A DNA stretch of 64,000 nt from Macrostomum lignano (lineage: Eukaryota), in assembly GCA_002269645.1 (NCBI GenBank), contig NIVC01000680.1:1-64000 (forward strand), read 5' to 3'. The notes below the pieces were generated by a model that saw only the letters and a list, made by a program, of their open reading frames with translations, was not told the origin of the DNA and did not search any database. Numbering within the stretch: the stretch's first letter is position 1; each line of letters starts with the position of its first letter. The position numbers and the translations under genes were made by a program. Shown one piece after another: positions 35,190 through 48,183 of this stretch.

Positions 35190-36999
35190 CTACTGAATGT
35201 AGAAGCCGTATGCCTCGAGCTCGCACATGTTTAGGTAATCATTGACATGACTCAGTACGCGAACTCTGCTTCCAGTCATGCCGCAGGTCACGTTTCTCAC
35301 TTCGAAATGCTGCGTCACCTTCACGCTGCCGCAGATAACGTCGTCCACAAGTATTTCAAAGTCGTTCAACCGCTCCGGAGACATATCCAGCCTGTTGTAC
35401 ACAGTGACGTAAGCCACAACAGCTGTCTGGACTAGGCTGCCCTCCCACCATTGGTCAGATAATCCGTTGGTGTGAATGCAGTAGCCATTAAAGAAGTTCG
35501 AATCCGTGTTGCCGTCAATGTTTCGAGTGCACACGCCGCTGTAGGCTACCGAATGTTGGCTGCAGTTGACGAATTGTAGCTTCTGTGGAGCTGAAAACGG
35601 GTTCGCGTTGTCAGATTGTTTTACGGTAACATTTTATAATTAACGAACACATGCGGACACACTCGTTGCTATTAAAGCGCTCTCTGCTCCAAGGGATTTT
35701 ATCATTTTTGCTTTGTTTGGAGGCAAGGCCCCTCGTTGTCCCCCCCCCTGGCTACTCCCCGAAGTAAGCAGACAAAAAATGGTACATTACAGTCAGAAAA
35801 CTTGTCAATCAGATAATTTTACTGCGCTCAACAGAGGGCTAGCTATGTATGTGAACATAAGCCGTGAAAAAAAAACAAAGTCGGTTGTTAAATCCACAGA
35901 GACTGTGAGCTTTTCGCTTGGAGTGTTTTGGTCTGAGTGGTCCCGCGTAGCTTGTCTTTTCCTCCGACCTCCAGTTTTTGATTAAACACTTTAAAGACAG
36001 TCAAAGATTATCGATTTTTTTCAATCTAAACCTGTGCTTCGCTTTACTTTTCATACGAACCGTCAAACACTTGGGCCTGCATCGAATTAATTCTTTACGC
36101 CTCTGCGGCTCTACCAGTAGAGTACACAGATTGGGAAGCGTCGCAACCCCTCCCTCACTGGTCCCCATAAAAATTACTCTCTCCTCCAAAAACTTTGTGA
36201 GAGAACTTTATGAGACAGATATCCAGGTAGGCCCTACAAATGACAGGAGCTCAACTTTTACCACCTCTTCCACCGGCCTAGGAGACAGGAGATCGCCGTC
36301 GGTAAAAAATATGTGTTTTACCATTACATTGATGGGTAACGGCGTCATACGTCGATTGAACGTCGGTGTAATGTAAAACTACATACATGTATTCGCCATA
36401 AATGTCGGGAAGGTAGGCCAGACATCGCCGACGACGGTTGCTGTACGGAAGGGGCGCCCACCCGGAGACAAGAGACGTCCACTATTAAGTCTCTTGTCTC
36501 TTACGTCAAAGATCGCGTACCAAGAGACAGGGGGCGCCCACCGGGAGACAGGAGCGGTAACTAAGAAACCAAAGCACCAAAGCACGCTACGAGTATATTG
36601 GCGCCCTTGGGGTTGCGGCCACTTTCTGTCGCAAAAAAAGCTACACAAACACTCACCAGCATCGTTGACAAAGAATTCATACGGCTGCTCCACAGCAGTC
36701 CACGAGGGTCGCCAGTAGAACGCGGAAGTGTTGAACAGCTGGCACACCGTCGGGTTCTCAGTCCAATAGTAGAAGCCGTGACAGTTCGGCCTCTCAGAGC
36801 AGCGCATGGAGCACTGGATTGAGCCGCTGCCATCGACTGCCGCGAAAGTCGGAGGCAAAGTGCTGTTGCTGGGGCTGTCCGAGCTGCCGTAGGTTGACCC
36901 GATGGAGGCTGAACCGGCGGCGGGAAGAAACATCATCAATGCCATCAAGGTGATGGTCAGGATAACAGCAAGTGGATCCATTGGAGGGAAATGCTTCAT
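35190..36999 (-). CDS. Secreted PAN/Apple + F-type lectin (fucolectin) protein, 247 aa; exons 36999-36657 and 35590-35190
   Basis: Hydrophobic signal peptide, then the PAN-like CSMRCSERPNCHGFYY...VCQLF. The F-type lectin motif H-X26-R-X-D-X4-R is exact (CIHT...NRLDMSPERL) and is followed by LNMCELEAYG. The junction is phase 1, G|GTGAGT to TTTTCAG|. Confidence 0.88.
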
Positions 37000-37219
37000 T
37001 TGCTGAGTGCAGACTCAAAACTATGCGGATTGTGTGGAAAAATCTTATCTCGCTTCTTGGTTGCTACAAATTCGTCATACGTTACCATGACGATTGACTT
37101 GGGGCTGGGTAGCAGGTTTTTAGCCAACCCCACCCTGCTCTTTTAGCCAGTACAGGCTCGCATTGTTGAGAACTTGCCAACTAAACCAATGAGAGGCCAT
37201 CGATGATGAGTAACTAATC

Positions 37220-38856
37220 TTTCTCTAATAGCTCGTACGCTAGTAGGCTTGCTCTCGTTCTCACCTTAGCCTACACCTGTTCTCACCTTAGCCTACACCT
37301 GTTCTCACCTTAGACTACACCTGTTCTCACCTTAGCCTACTCCTGTTCTCACCTTAGCCTACACCCTGTTCTCACCTTAGCCTACACCTGTTCTCACCTT
37401 AGACTACACCTGTTCTCACCTTAGCCTACTCCTGTTCTCACCTTAGCCTACTCCTGTTCTCACCTTAGCCTACTCCTGTAACTTATAGAGCAAGCAATGA
37501 GTAAGCTATGGAGCGAGCAAGAGTAAGCTATGGAGCAAGCAAGAGTAAGCTATGGAGCAAGCAAGAGTAAGCTACGGAGCTAACAAGAGTCATCTATGGA
37601 GCTAACAAGAGTCATCTATGGGGCTAACAAGAGTCATCTATGGAGCTAACAAGAGTCATCTATGGAGCTAACAAGAGTCATCTATGGAGCTAACAAGAGT
37701 CATCTATGGAGCTAACAAGAGTCATCTATGGGGCTAACAAGAGTCATCTATGGAGCTAACAAGAGTCATCTATGGAGCTAACAAGAGTCATCTATGGGGC
37801 TAACAAGAGTCATCTATGGGGCTAACAAGAGTCATCTATGGGTCACTCAGAGTCACTCTGCACCCACATTATAGCTCGCTTTAACCCCTTGGCTGATTTT
37901 TTTTCAATGTAATTTATTAGTTCAGTGTAGATTTCATCGTTTTGGTCTCATCAATTATAGCGGCCAGCTGGGACGAATAAAGCTCCATACCCCCCTAAAA
38001 CCGCTCAGCCGGTTGAACGCCTCCCCCCCCACCCCCACCACAGTGCCCGTATGAAGAACTTGCTTTTGTTTTTCTGGACCAAAGTAATAGAATTAAAAGC
38101 TTTTATATTTAATTAGATATCTCTACCCGCGCTGCTGTATTTGACGAAATATCCGGGAACCAGCACAGCCTCATCAATATTTCATGGATTCAGGAAAGAG
38201 GGAGTCTTAGTCCATTAAATAAAAATGAATTTATGCATTGGCTAGTGAATATATTTTAAAGCTTGGTCTTACATTGAAAATATACGCGCAAATAAGCTAA
38301 GGGGAGAAATCAAGCCAACAAGAGTAAGCTATGGAGCTAACAAGAGTAAGCTATGGAGCTAACAAGAGTAAGCTATGGAGCTAACAAGAGTAAGCTATGG
38401 AGCTAACAAGAGTAAGCTATGGAGCTAACAAGAGTAAGCTATGGAGCTAACAAGAGTAAGCTATGGAGCTAACAAGAGTAAGCTATGGAGCTAACAAGAG
38501 TAAGCTATGGAGCTAACAAGAGTAAGCTATGGAGCTAACAAGAGTAAGCTATGGAGCTAACAAGAGTAAGCTATGGAGCTAACAAGAGTAAGCTATGGAG
38601 CTAACAAGAGTAAGCTATGGAGCTAACAAGAGTAAGCTATGGAGCTAACAAGAGTAAGCTATGGAGCTAACAAGAGTAAGCTATGGAGCTAACAAGAGTA
38701 AGCTATGGAGCTAACAAGAGTAAGCTATGGAGCTAACAAGAGTAAGCTATGGAGCTAACAAGAGTAAGCTATGGAGCTAACAAGAGTAAGCTATGGAGCT
38801 AACAAGAGTAAGCTATGGAGCTAACAAGAGTAAGCTATGGAGCTAACAAGAGTAAG
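37220..38856. mobile_element. Composite minisatellite-bearing element, copy 1
   Basis: Left end TTTCTCTAATA..CGCTAGTAGGCT, array A (37257-37477), array B (37500-37840), ~470-bp core (37855-38320), array B (38318-38856). Confidence 0.7.
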
Positions 38857-38949
38857 CCCGACACCAGGCACGTCGCAGTGATCCATGAGGACCCGTGACC
38901 ATGACGGTCTCTCAGCTAGTCAAGTGTGATTTTCTCTGAGACACAGGCT

Positions 38950-39200
38950 GTCTGTCAGCTGACATCGCTCGACAAACTGACGAACATCTCGGTTAAGTCC
39001 TGGCCACAAAAACTCCTTTGAAACATGTGCCTTGGTGTTTCAGCACTGGGATGCACCTCATCATACCCAGTCTTCAGGATGCGCCTGCGGTGAATGGTGC
39101 GGCGGAACATCCTGGAACCATGGTTGACCAAACCGTTCTCGACAGAGCGCATCGCGGCAAGCTGGTACGGCCGTTCCAACTGAGAGACTTGACCCCCACC
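38950..39200 (-). mobile_element. Decayed Gypsy-type LTR retrotransposon integrase zinc-binding fragment
   Basis: RRILKTGYDEVHPS..., then after a frameshift KEFLWPGLNRDVRQFVERCQL, matching the HPG...WP...DV..FV..C pattern. Confidence 0.65.
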
Positions 39201-39289
39201 GAATGACCTAATTCTGTGTTTAAGCCTCTGAAGCAGCGAATATCAAAGAATTCCCTCTCTCATAATAATAATAATTAATAATAATCGAT

Positions 39290-39588
39290 TAAACCTGCGT
39301 TGATAGGCAGATGTGAAACCGACAGCTCAGCCGCAGCTATTGCGCGGCGAATCTGAAGGCTACGTACGGCTGTTCAGTCCAAGGACTGGGAGGTCGCCAC
39401 ACACCCTCAATTACCCCAGCTAATGCTGGCACCCATTTTACAGCTGGGTGAACTGAAGCAATTCAGAGTTAAGTGTCTTGCTCAACTTGAGCAGCTCAAG
39501 GACACAAATTGTTCCGAGTGGGATCGGGAATCGAACCCCGCCTTTCAGTCGTGAGTCGAAGCTCTAACCACTAGGCTACGACCCCTCC
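39290..39588 (-). mobile_element. SINE family A (CORE-like), copy 2
   Basis: Reverse complement of 27531-27840 with a small internal duplication. Confidence 0.85.
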
Positions 39589-40243
39589 AACTCCCTCTCT
39601 CAGGTCATCAATCGTAACCAAACCTTCTGTGATCTTCACTGCATGATGAAACGAGTCAGTCTCAGAGTCGCAGTTTTCAAAGCTGTCTCGACAGAGCGTC
39701 AATCCTGCATTTTCCTTCCTCAATCTCATAGCCGAAAATCGCAAAACCGCCTCGATTTGACCGCCTCAATTGACCGCCGAAGAAATTAGTAGAAAGCAAC
39801 TCAAAAGTGTGTTCATTTGGTAATGTTAGGGGCAACTGAATATTGAAATTGTGTCTCTGCACATTAAGAGATCACAGTGAAGATATGACTCTTAAGGTTG
39901 GAAAAAAGGCCAAAAATTTCACTACAAGTGCCGTAACTTTTCACCCTCTCATCTGTCCACTCCCATCCAAGGTCCACAAACAATAGTCTTGACCTGGCGT
40001 AGGCTGCTAACACAAAGGGGTTTGACTTATGACCCAGCTGGGTATAGCATAGATGACTAGGAAACAATTATGTCCATTGGACTGTTATAGAAAAACTGTT
40101 AAAAGTTCCAGTCAGAATCTCCTCTCACCTCCCCAATCTTCCCTCACCTTCCCGATCTCCACTCATCTCCCTGATATCCCCTCAACACCACAATAATGAT
40201 GGGAAGATTGGTAGAGGAAAGAGAAGAAATTAGTAAAGGCAAG

Positions 40244-40505
40244 TGAGATTGTGGAGATTGTGGAGATTGTGGAGAATGTGGAGAATGTGGAGAATGTGGA
40301 GAATGTGGAGAATGTGGAGAATGTGGAGAATGTGGAGAATGTGGAGAATGTGGAGAATGTGGAGAATGTTGAGATTGTGGAGAATGTGGAGAATGTGGAG
40401 AATGTGGAGAATGTGGAGAATGTGGAGAATGTGGAGAATGTGGAGATTGTGGAGAATGTGGAGATTGTGGAGAATGTGGAGAATGTGAAGAATGTTGAGA
40501 TTGTG
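40244..40505. repeat. 9-bp tandem repeat (GAGAATGTG)
   Basis: Direct reading. Confidence 0.97.
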
Positions 40506-40515
40506 GGTGTAGATA

Positions 40516-43500
40516 TTTCTCTAATACGCTAGTAGGCTGCTCTTGTTCCCACCTTAGCCTACTCCTGTTCTCACCTTAGCCTACTCCTGTTCTCACCTTA
40601 GCCTACTCCTGTTCTCACCTTAGCCTACACCTGTTCTCACCTTAGCCTACACCTGTTCTCACCTTAGCCTACACCTGTTCTCACCTTAGCCTACTCCTGT
40701 TCCCACCTTAGCCTACTCCTGTTCTCACCTTAGCCTACACCTGTTCTCACCTTAGCCTACTCCTGTTCTCACCTTAGCCTACTCCTGTTCTCACCTTAGC
40801 CTACTCCTGTTCCCACCTTAGCCTACACCTGTTCTCACCTTAGCCTACTCCTGTTCCCACCTTAGCCTACACCTGTTCTCACCTTAGCCTACTCCTGTTC
40901 CCACCTTAGCCTACACCTGTTCTCACCTTAGCCTACTCTCTTCATCGGCTTAGCCTACTCCTGTTCCCACCTTAGCCTACTCCTGTTCTCACCTTAGCCT
41001 ACTCCTGTTCTCACCTTAGCCTACACCTGTTCTCACCTTAGCCTACACCTGTTCCCACCTTAGCCTACTCCTGTTCTCACCTTAGCCTACACCTGTTCCC
41101 ACCTTAGCCTACTCCTGTTCCCACCTTAGCCTACTCCTGTTCTCACCTTAGCCTACTCCTGTTCTCACTTTAGCCTACTCCTGTTCTCACTTTAGCCTAC
41201 TCCTTTTCCCACCTTAGCCTACTCCTGTTCTCACCTTAGCCTACTCCTGTTCTCACCTTAGCCTACTCCTGTTCTCACTTTAGCCTACTCCTGTTCTCAC
41301 TTTAGCCTACTCCTGTTCCCACCTTAGCCTACTCCTGTTCTCACCTTAGCCTACTCCTGTTCCCACCTTAGCCTACACCTGTTCTCACCTTAGCCTACTC
41401 CTGTTCCCACCTTAGCCTACTCCTGTTCTCACCTTAGCCTACTCCTGTTCCCACCTTAGCCTACACCTGTTCTCACCTTAGCCTACTCTCTTCATCGGCT
41501 TAGCCTACTCCTGTTCCCACCTTAGCCTACTCCTGTTCTCACCTTAGCCTACTCCTGTTCCCACCTTAGCCTACACCTGTTCTCACCTTAGCCTACTCCT
41601 GTTCTCACCTTAGCCTACTCCTGTTCTCACCTTAGCCTACACCTGTTCTCACCTTAGCCTACTCCTGTTCTCACCTTAGCCTACTCCTGTTCTCACCTTA
41701 GCCTACACCTGTTCTCACCTTAGCCTACACCTGTTCTCACCTTAGCCTACACCTGTTCTCACCTTAGCCTACTCCTGTTCCCACCTTAGCCTACTCCTGT
41801 TCTCACCTTAGCCTACTCCTGTTCTCACCTTAGCCTACTCCTGTTCTCACTTTAGCCTACTCCTGTTCTCACCTTAGCCTACTCCTGTTCTCACCTTAGC
41901 CTACTCCTGTTCTCACCTTAGCCTACTCCTGTTCTCACCTTAGCCTACACCTGTTCTCACCTTAGCCTACACCTGTTCCCACCTTAGCCTACTCCTGTTC
42001 TCACTTTAGCCTACTCCTGTTCTCACTTTAGCCTACTCCTTTTCCCACCTTAGCCTACTCCTGTTCTCACCTTAGCCTACTCCTGTTCTCACCTTAGCCT
42101 ACTCCTGTTCTCACTTTAGCCTACTCCTGTTCTCACTTTAGCCTACTCCTGTTCCCACCTTAGCCTACTCCTGTTCTCACCTTAGCCTACTCCTGTTCCC
42201 ACCTTAGCCTACACCTGTTCTCACCTTAGCCTACTCCTGTTCCCACCTTAGCCTACTCCTGTTCTCACCTTAGCCTACTCCTGTTCCCACCTTAGCCTAC
42301 ACCTGTTCTCACCTTAGCCTACTCTCTTCATCGGCTTAGCCTACTCCTGTTCCCACCTTAGCCTACTCCTGTTCTCACCTTAGCCTACTCCTGTTCCCAC
42401 CTTAGCCTACACCTGTTCTCACCTTAGCCTACACCTGTTCTCACCTTAGCCTACACCTGTTCTCACCTTAGCCTACTCCTGTTCCCACCTTAGCCTACTC
42501 CTGTTCCCACCTTAGCCTACACCTGTTCTCACCTTAGCCTACTCTCTTCATCGGCTTAGCCTACTCCTGTTCCCACCTTAGCCTACTCCTGTTCTCACCT
42601 TAGCCTACTCCTGTTCCCACCTTAGCCTACACCTGTTCTCACCTTAGCCTACTCCTGTTCTCACCTTAGCCTACTCCTGTTCTCACCTTAGCCTACTCCT
42701 GTTCCCACCTTAGCCTACACCTGTTCTCACCTTAGCCTACTCTCTTCATCGGCTTAGCCTACTCCTGTTCCCACCTTAGCCTACTCCTGTTCTCACCTTA
42801 GCCTACTCCTGTTCCCACCTTAGCCTACTCCTGTTCTCACCTTAGCCTACTCCTGTTCTCACCTTAGCCTACTCCTGTTCTCACCTTAGCCTACTCCTGT
42901 TCCCACCTTAGCCTACTCCTGTTCCCACCTTAGCCTACTCCTGTTCTCACCTTAGCCTACTCCTGTTCCCACCTTAGCCTACACCTGTTCTCACCTTAGC
43001 CTACTCCTGTTCCCACCTTAGCCTACTCCTGTTTCCACCTTAGCCTACTCCTGTTCCCACCTTAGCCTACTCCTGTTCCCACCTTAGCCTACTCCTGTTC
43101 CCACAGCCTACTCCTGTTCCCACCTTAGCCTACTCCTGTTCTCACCTTAGCCTACTCCTGTTCCCACCTTAGCCTACTCCTGTTCCCACCTTAGCCTACT
43201 CCTGTTCTCACCTTAGCCTACACCTGTTCTCACCTTAGCCTACTCCTGTTCTCACCTTAGCCTACACCTGTTCTCACCTTAGCCTACTCCTGTTCCCACC
43301 TTAGCCTACACCTGTTCTCACCTTAGCCTACTCTCTTCATCGGCTTAGCCTGACTCTTCACCCACATTATAGCTCGCTTTGACTACTTGGCTGTTTTAAA
43401 TGTATTTTTAAATTTCAGTGCAGGTCTCATCAAGCATAGCGTGTTGCTGCGACTCCTAATAAACTGAAAAGCGTTAAAGCTCCCTAACCCCGCATTGGCG

Positions 43501-44550
43501 GTTATAAACGCCCCACCTCCGACTTGTTTTTGTCTTAGGTATGTGTCATTAGTCATTAGTCATTAGTCATTAGTATTTCTTATCTTGTGTTTCTGGACCA
43601 AAGCAGTAGAATTAAAAGCTTGCTATTTAATTGGATTAATTGGCTACCTCTACCTGAGCGGCTGAAATTGAGTCATTATCTGGATCCCAGCCTAGCCTCA
43701 TCAATATTTTATGGATTCTGGACAGAGGAAGTTTTAGCCCATTCAATTAAAATATTACTGTATTGGTTGCTTTGTTTGAAAATATTTTATAGCTTGCCTT
43801 TGTACTGAAAATTTATGAAAGAATTATGGCTATGGAGCTAACAATAGTAAGCTATGGAGTTTACAAGGGTAACTATGAGCTAACAAGAGTAAGCTATGGA
43901 GTTTACAAGGGTAACTATGAGCTAACAAGAGTAAGCTATGGAGTTTACAAGGGTAACTATGAGCTAACAAGAGTAAGCTATGGAGTTTACAAGGGTAACT
44001 ATGAGCTAACAAGAGTAAGCTATGGAGAGAACAAGGGTAAGTATGAGCTAACAAGAGTAAGCTATGGAGTTTACAAGGGTAAGTATGAGCTAACAAGAGT
44101 AAGCTATGGAGTTTACAAGGGTAACTATGAGCTAACAAGAGTAAGCTATGGAGTTTACAAGGGTAACTATGAGCTAACAAGAGTAAGCTATGGAGTTTAC
44201 AAGGGTAACTATGAGCTAACAAGAGTAAGCTATGGAGTTTACAAGGGTAACTATGAGCTAACAAGAGTAAGCTATGGAGTTTACAAGGGTAACTATGAGC
44301 TAACAAGAGTAAGCTATGGAGCTAACAAGAGTAAGCTATGGAGCTAACAAGAGTAAGCTATGGAGCTAACAAGAGTAAGCTATGGAGCTAACAAGAGTAA
44401 GCTATGGAGCTAACAAGAGTAAGCTATGGAGTTTACAAGGGTAAGCTATGGAGTTTACAAGGGTAACTATGAGCTAACAAGAGTAAGGTATAGGTATGGA
44501 GAGAACAAGATTAAGCTATGGTGCTGATAAAGTAAGCTATAGAGCTAGTA
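40516..44550. mobile_element. Composite minisatellite-bearing element, copy 2
   Basis: Same left end as copy 1, array A (CTCACCTTAGCCTACTCCTGTT, >120 units, 40541-43348), homologous core (43350-43830), and array B with its 42-bp dimer derivative (43827-44540). Confidence 0.7.
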
Positions 44551-44679
44551 CATAGCCCTGAAGAAGTCTCTTTCTGCAGCCGATCGTCATCAGACTGCCC
44601 AGCTTCATCAGAAACATGAGAAATTCTCGCAGACGAATTGCCCGCCGAAATTTGCCGTCGAAATCTAACGTCGAAAGTT

Positions 44680-45530
44680 AGAATCGACGACGTCTTTGGA
44701 GTGTGACGGGGAACAGACGCGGAGCTGGTCCAGTCCCACCAACATCTGGACGCCCTCGACCTGAACACCCGGCTTCAACTGAGCTACAGCAGTACAGAGG
44801 TCAACTTCCTGGACATCTAGGACCGCGAGGGCTACAACAAGAGCCTGGGAACCTGCAGGTTGTTCTTCAAGCCCACCGACAGCCGAGCCCTTCCATCCTA
44901 AGCGGACTTTCCGGGGCGTGGTAAAGTCCCAGATCCTCAGGGGTACGCCCGGCGGTACCCCGGATGGCCGACTTCGATGCAGCGTGCACCGGGCTGATGT
45001 CGAATCTGGTGCAGCACCAAGGCTACAGCCGACGCTTCCTCCGTACGAAGTGCTGACGGAGCTGGGCTTCTACCCGACCAGAAGGTGGGAGTTCGGCTTC
45101 CTGCCGTGCAACCCGGCCCGGCTCTGCAAGTGCTGCCAGGCGCACCCAAGGTTCACCTCCGTCTGCCCCGATGCAGATGCCACATCGGTCCAACTCATCA
45201 TCTGTCAGAGGATCGACTGCAACGCGGCGAACGCCGTCTGCGCCGTGTTCTGTCGCCGGTGCGACCACACGGACTAAGTCGGCGAGATTGCCAACAGCAT
45301 CCGTGGCCGCACGCTGGCGCACATCGGTGACATCCGGCACGCCCGGGGCCGCGACACTCCGGTGGCGCGCAACTTCACCAGCGGTGGCCACAGCCTGGCG
45401 GACTTCGCCTTCACCGGCAACTGAACACGCAAGGGCACAGGATCCAGAGCTAACGAGCGGCGTCAGCGCCAAGAGTCCAAGCTCATCGAGGTCCTGAGGA
45501 CTCGAATTCCACACGGCGCCAACTGCACAA
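44680..45530 (+). mobile_element. Decayed, 5'-truncated Penelope-like retroelement (RT thumb + GIY-YIG)
   Basis: RIDDVFGV*...EVNFLDI*...FKPTD...HPKRTFRGVVKSQILR...QGYSRRFL; then CxxC, NAVCAVFCRRC..*VGEIANSIRGRTLAH...PVARNFTSGGHS...ESKLIEVLRTRIPHGAN. Contains stops and frameshifts. Confidence 0.85.
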
Positions 45531-46671
45531 CCCGGCCCATCCCGCTGATCCTGCCGCACTGTGCGACCTCCGACGCCCTGGCTACCAAGGTGAGGGACCA
45601 GTTGGCACGAAACTGCGAGGCCCGGTGCTGCCAGCCTACTCCAAGGGCAGGAGCCTCTGGGAGCTGCTCTGCCACAGCGGCACATCCTGATGGGTCGAAC
45701 TTACCATTTAACTATTTCAGTCTTTGTCGCCGTACACGGTGCCTTTTTCACTTTAATGGTATTTCTGCTCTCTCTGCTCTGCGATTTATTCTGCTCCTCT
45801 GTCATTGTTTGCACAATTGTTTTTCGACTCTGACGCCGTGTGCATGGAACCGGAGCTCTTTCGGCGCAAAATTTATTTGTTATTAGTTAACTTATTAGTT
45901 TTTTTTCTGATGATGTTCTTCGAGTATTTGGATATTTATTATTGGACCAATTAATAAAGTCTTTAAGGCCTACTCGTATAGTTGTAGCCATTTATTTGTT
46001 ATCCACTTAATATACTATTTTTTTTCATTTATTCTATTTATGTGATGTATTTACTCATACTTAATCCTTTTATTTTGCCAAATTTTATTTCTCTGCTCAG
46101 AGTCTGTAAGACCTATGATGTACTAATCATACTCTTACTTTTAGCCACCAATCTGTTCTTCTTAGAGTCTCTGACTCATCACATTACATGTATACTCGCC
46201 TTGCTTGTGCTGTGTTTTATGCGCTTGTACTGTATTTCTCTCTCTGTGATGTTGTAATTAATGTTTTTGTGTATAATCATGTTATCTTTATTTTTACATG
46301 TAATACCACATCAACCAGCTATAAAATCACAGGCGTCCTGTACTTTAAAAAAACCAATATGGGAAGCTTTTAGGTACAATCGTGGCGCAATTTACTTTGT
46401 TAAATATTTAATTTTAATGTAAAATCCTACTTAACAGCCTTAAATTCAGCAACAGAGATTCAACATCAACAAAATCGGCGAAAGAAGATACAGTGACAAT
46501 CTAGTCAAATTTAGCAACAAAACAGAATGAAAAACTTTGTAAAATTTTGTAATTTCTTAGTGCAACGGCATTAGTCAATGCATATTAACTATCCTTCAAT
46601 TGAGTTTGTTTTATCAAGTGTTTATTTTATGCTTTTTAAATGTGTTTTCCAAGAAATATTCTTTTAACGAT

Positions 46672-46940
46672 CAATGGGTCTTTTCATATTGCTTGCTCTG
46701 GTTCCAGAACCAGAACCAATTTGTGAAGTATAACTTTTTGTCTCCATAACTAGAGGGAGATACGTGCTATAAAGTTTTTATTTTTGAATGACAATCGCCA
46801 AGAAGAAAGTGAAAAATTGTGCTGAGTTAGGTTGTTAAGGCAGTCAAATATAAACAGAGTTTAATAGAACTATATTGCTGTTTTTCTTGGAGTTCCGAAC
46901 CGATTCTGGTTCTGGAATTGGTATATGAAAAGGCCCATTG
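46672..46940. mobile_element. MITE-like element with an 18-bp TIR
   Basis: CAATGGGTCTTTTCATAT versus ATATGAAAAGGCCCATTG (17/18 inverted), with further inner inverted GGTTC/GAACC motifs. Confidence 0.7.
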
Positions 46941-48183
46941 AAGACGCGTCCTAGACTCCAATTTTATTTCGATTGAATGCATTTTTTCTTTCAAAGGTCA
47001 TATGGCCATGGGCTTTAGTATGAAACCACTGAGCAGGTTAGCAGGTAAACTGATTGTTAGGCCTAACTTGGGCAGAGAGTATGATGTAAATTGATTACAT
47101 CAATTAATTCAACAAATATTTCTTAACGGACCAAAGGCTAAGCCTAATCACAGATACTACAATTAACTAGATAGGCCACTCAGCACATTTGCATGCAGGC
47201 TACTTTTAGTTTAGTAGCAAGTTAAACAGAAGAATTTAAATGTATTTTTAAAGCTAAGGCTCATTTATTGGCTCTTACCCCCACTTAAACCTCCGACCGC
47301 ACCTTTCCACACTAACCTGCCCCGCCCCAATTTTATTGCCTTTCTCGGAATTCCAGCCTAAAGGCTAAAGCTGTGCCATCTGCCATGTACATTCAGTGGA
47401 CTGGCCAATGTACATTATTGCTGAACCAATTAGCAAGTTGTTTACGCCTGCAAGCTTGGGCTTCTAAACTTATCAAATTCAAATTAAAAAAGAAATAAAA
47501 AACTAGTCTTGTTTTATTTCTGTTTTGGTGCTATTTTAGGCCTATTTTAGCTAGCCTAGGCCATAGGCATAGGCATAGGCCCTAGCCATAGCTACATAAC
47601 ACATAAAATATTGGCTAAAAACTCTAACTTATAATTTATCTCTTTACTATTTAAGGTTAAGTCTTAATTTGAGCTATAAAATCTAAGCTATGAAATAGTA
47701 TGCACACTATAGTATATTATATTTTTAAGAGATTTTAAGCAGTGTTGCTATTTCCATGACTTACATATTGGAGAAAAAAATTGCAAGGTCATTTCACAGT
47801 GTAAGACCAGAATTGCAAGAAATAATCAGTACGAGGGCTCAAAGGCCAAGTTAGTCGATATATATATTTGTCATTCATTATGTACGCGCGTACATTCCGA
47901 TCGATATAAGTTCAGGTGAATAAAAGCGTGCCCGACCCCCTAGCGCAGGCCAACCCCCAAAACAGCCAACACAACGAACACCAAAACTCACACCAGTATA
48001 CACTAAAGGCTAGAAGGCTCCAGTTCTAGTTTTGCAAGCCTTAGCATACTTGGCTTGATCATCTTTCTGCTCTTCACAATGGAAGATGGTCAGTTGATTC
48101 AGGCCAAAGTAGATTATAGACTTAGGCCATGTAGGCATGTTATTAGACAAGCTGGTGGCAAGCCCATCATCTGCCCCTGGTAG

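Noticed and set aside
39677-40067. Two short minus-strand ORFs with a coding-like look
   Set aside because: No family recognised; probably a decayed TE fragment
43826-44347. ELTRVSYGVYKGNY repeat ORF
   Set aside because: 42-bp dimer of array B, with no non-repetitive coding context
47829-47960. TACGAGGG mariner-like terminus
   Set aside because: No matching inverted end or transposase remnant found nearby
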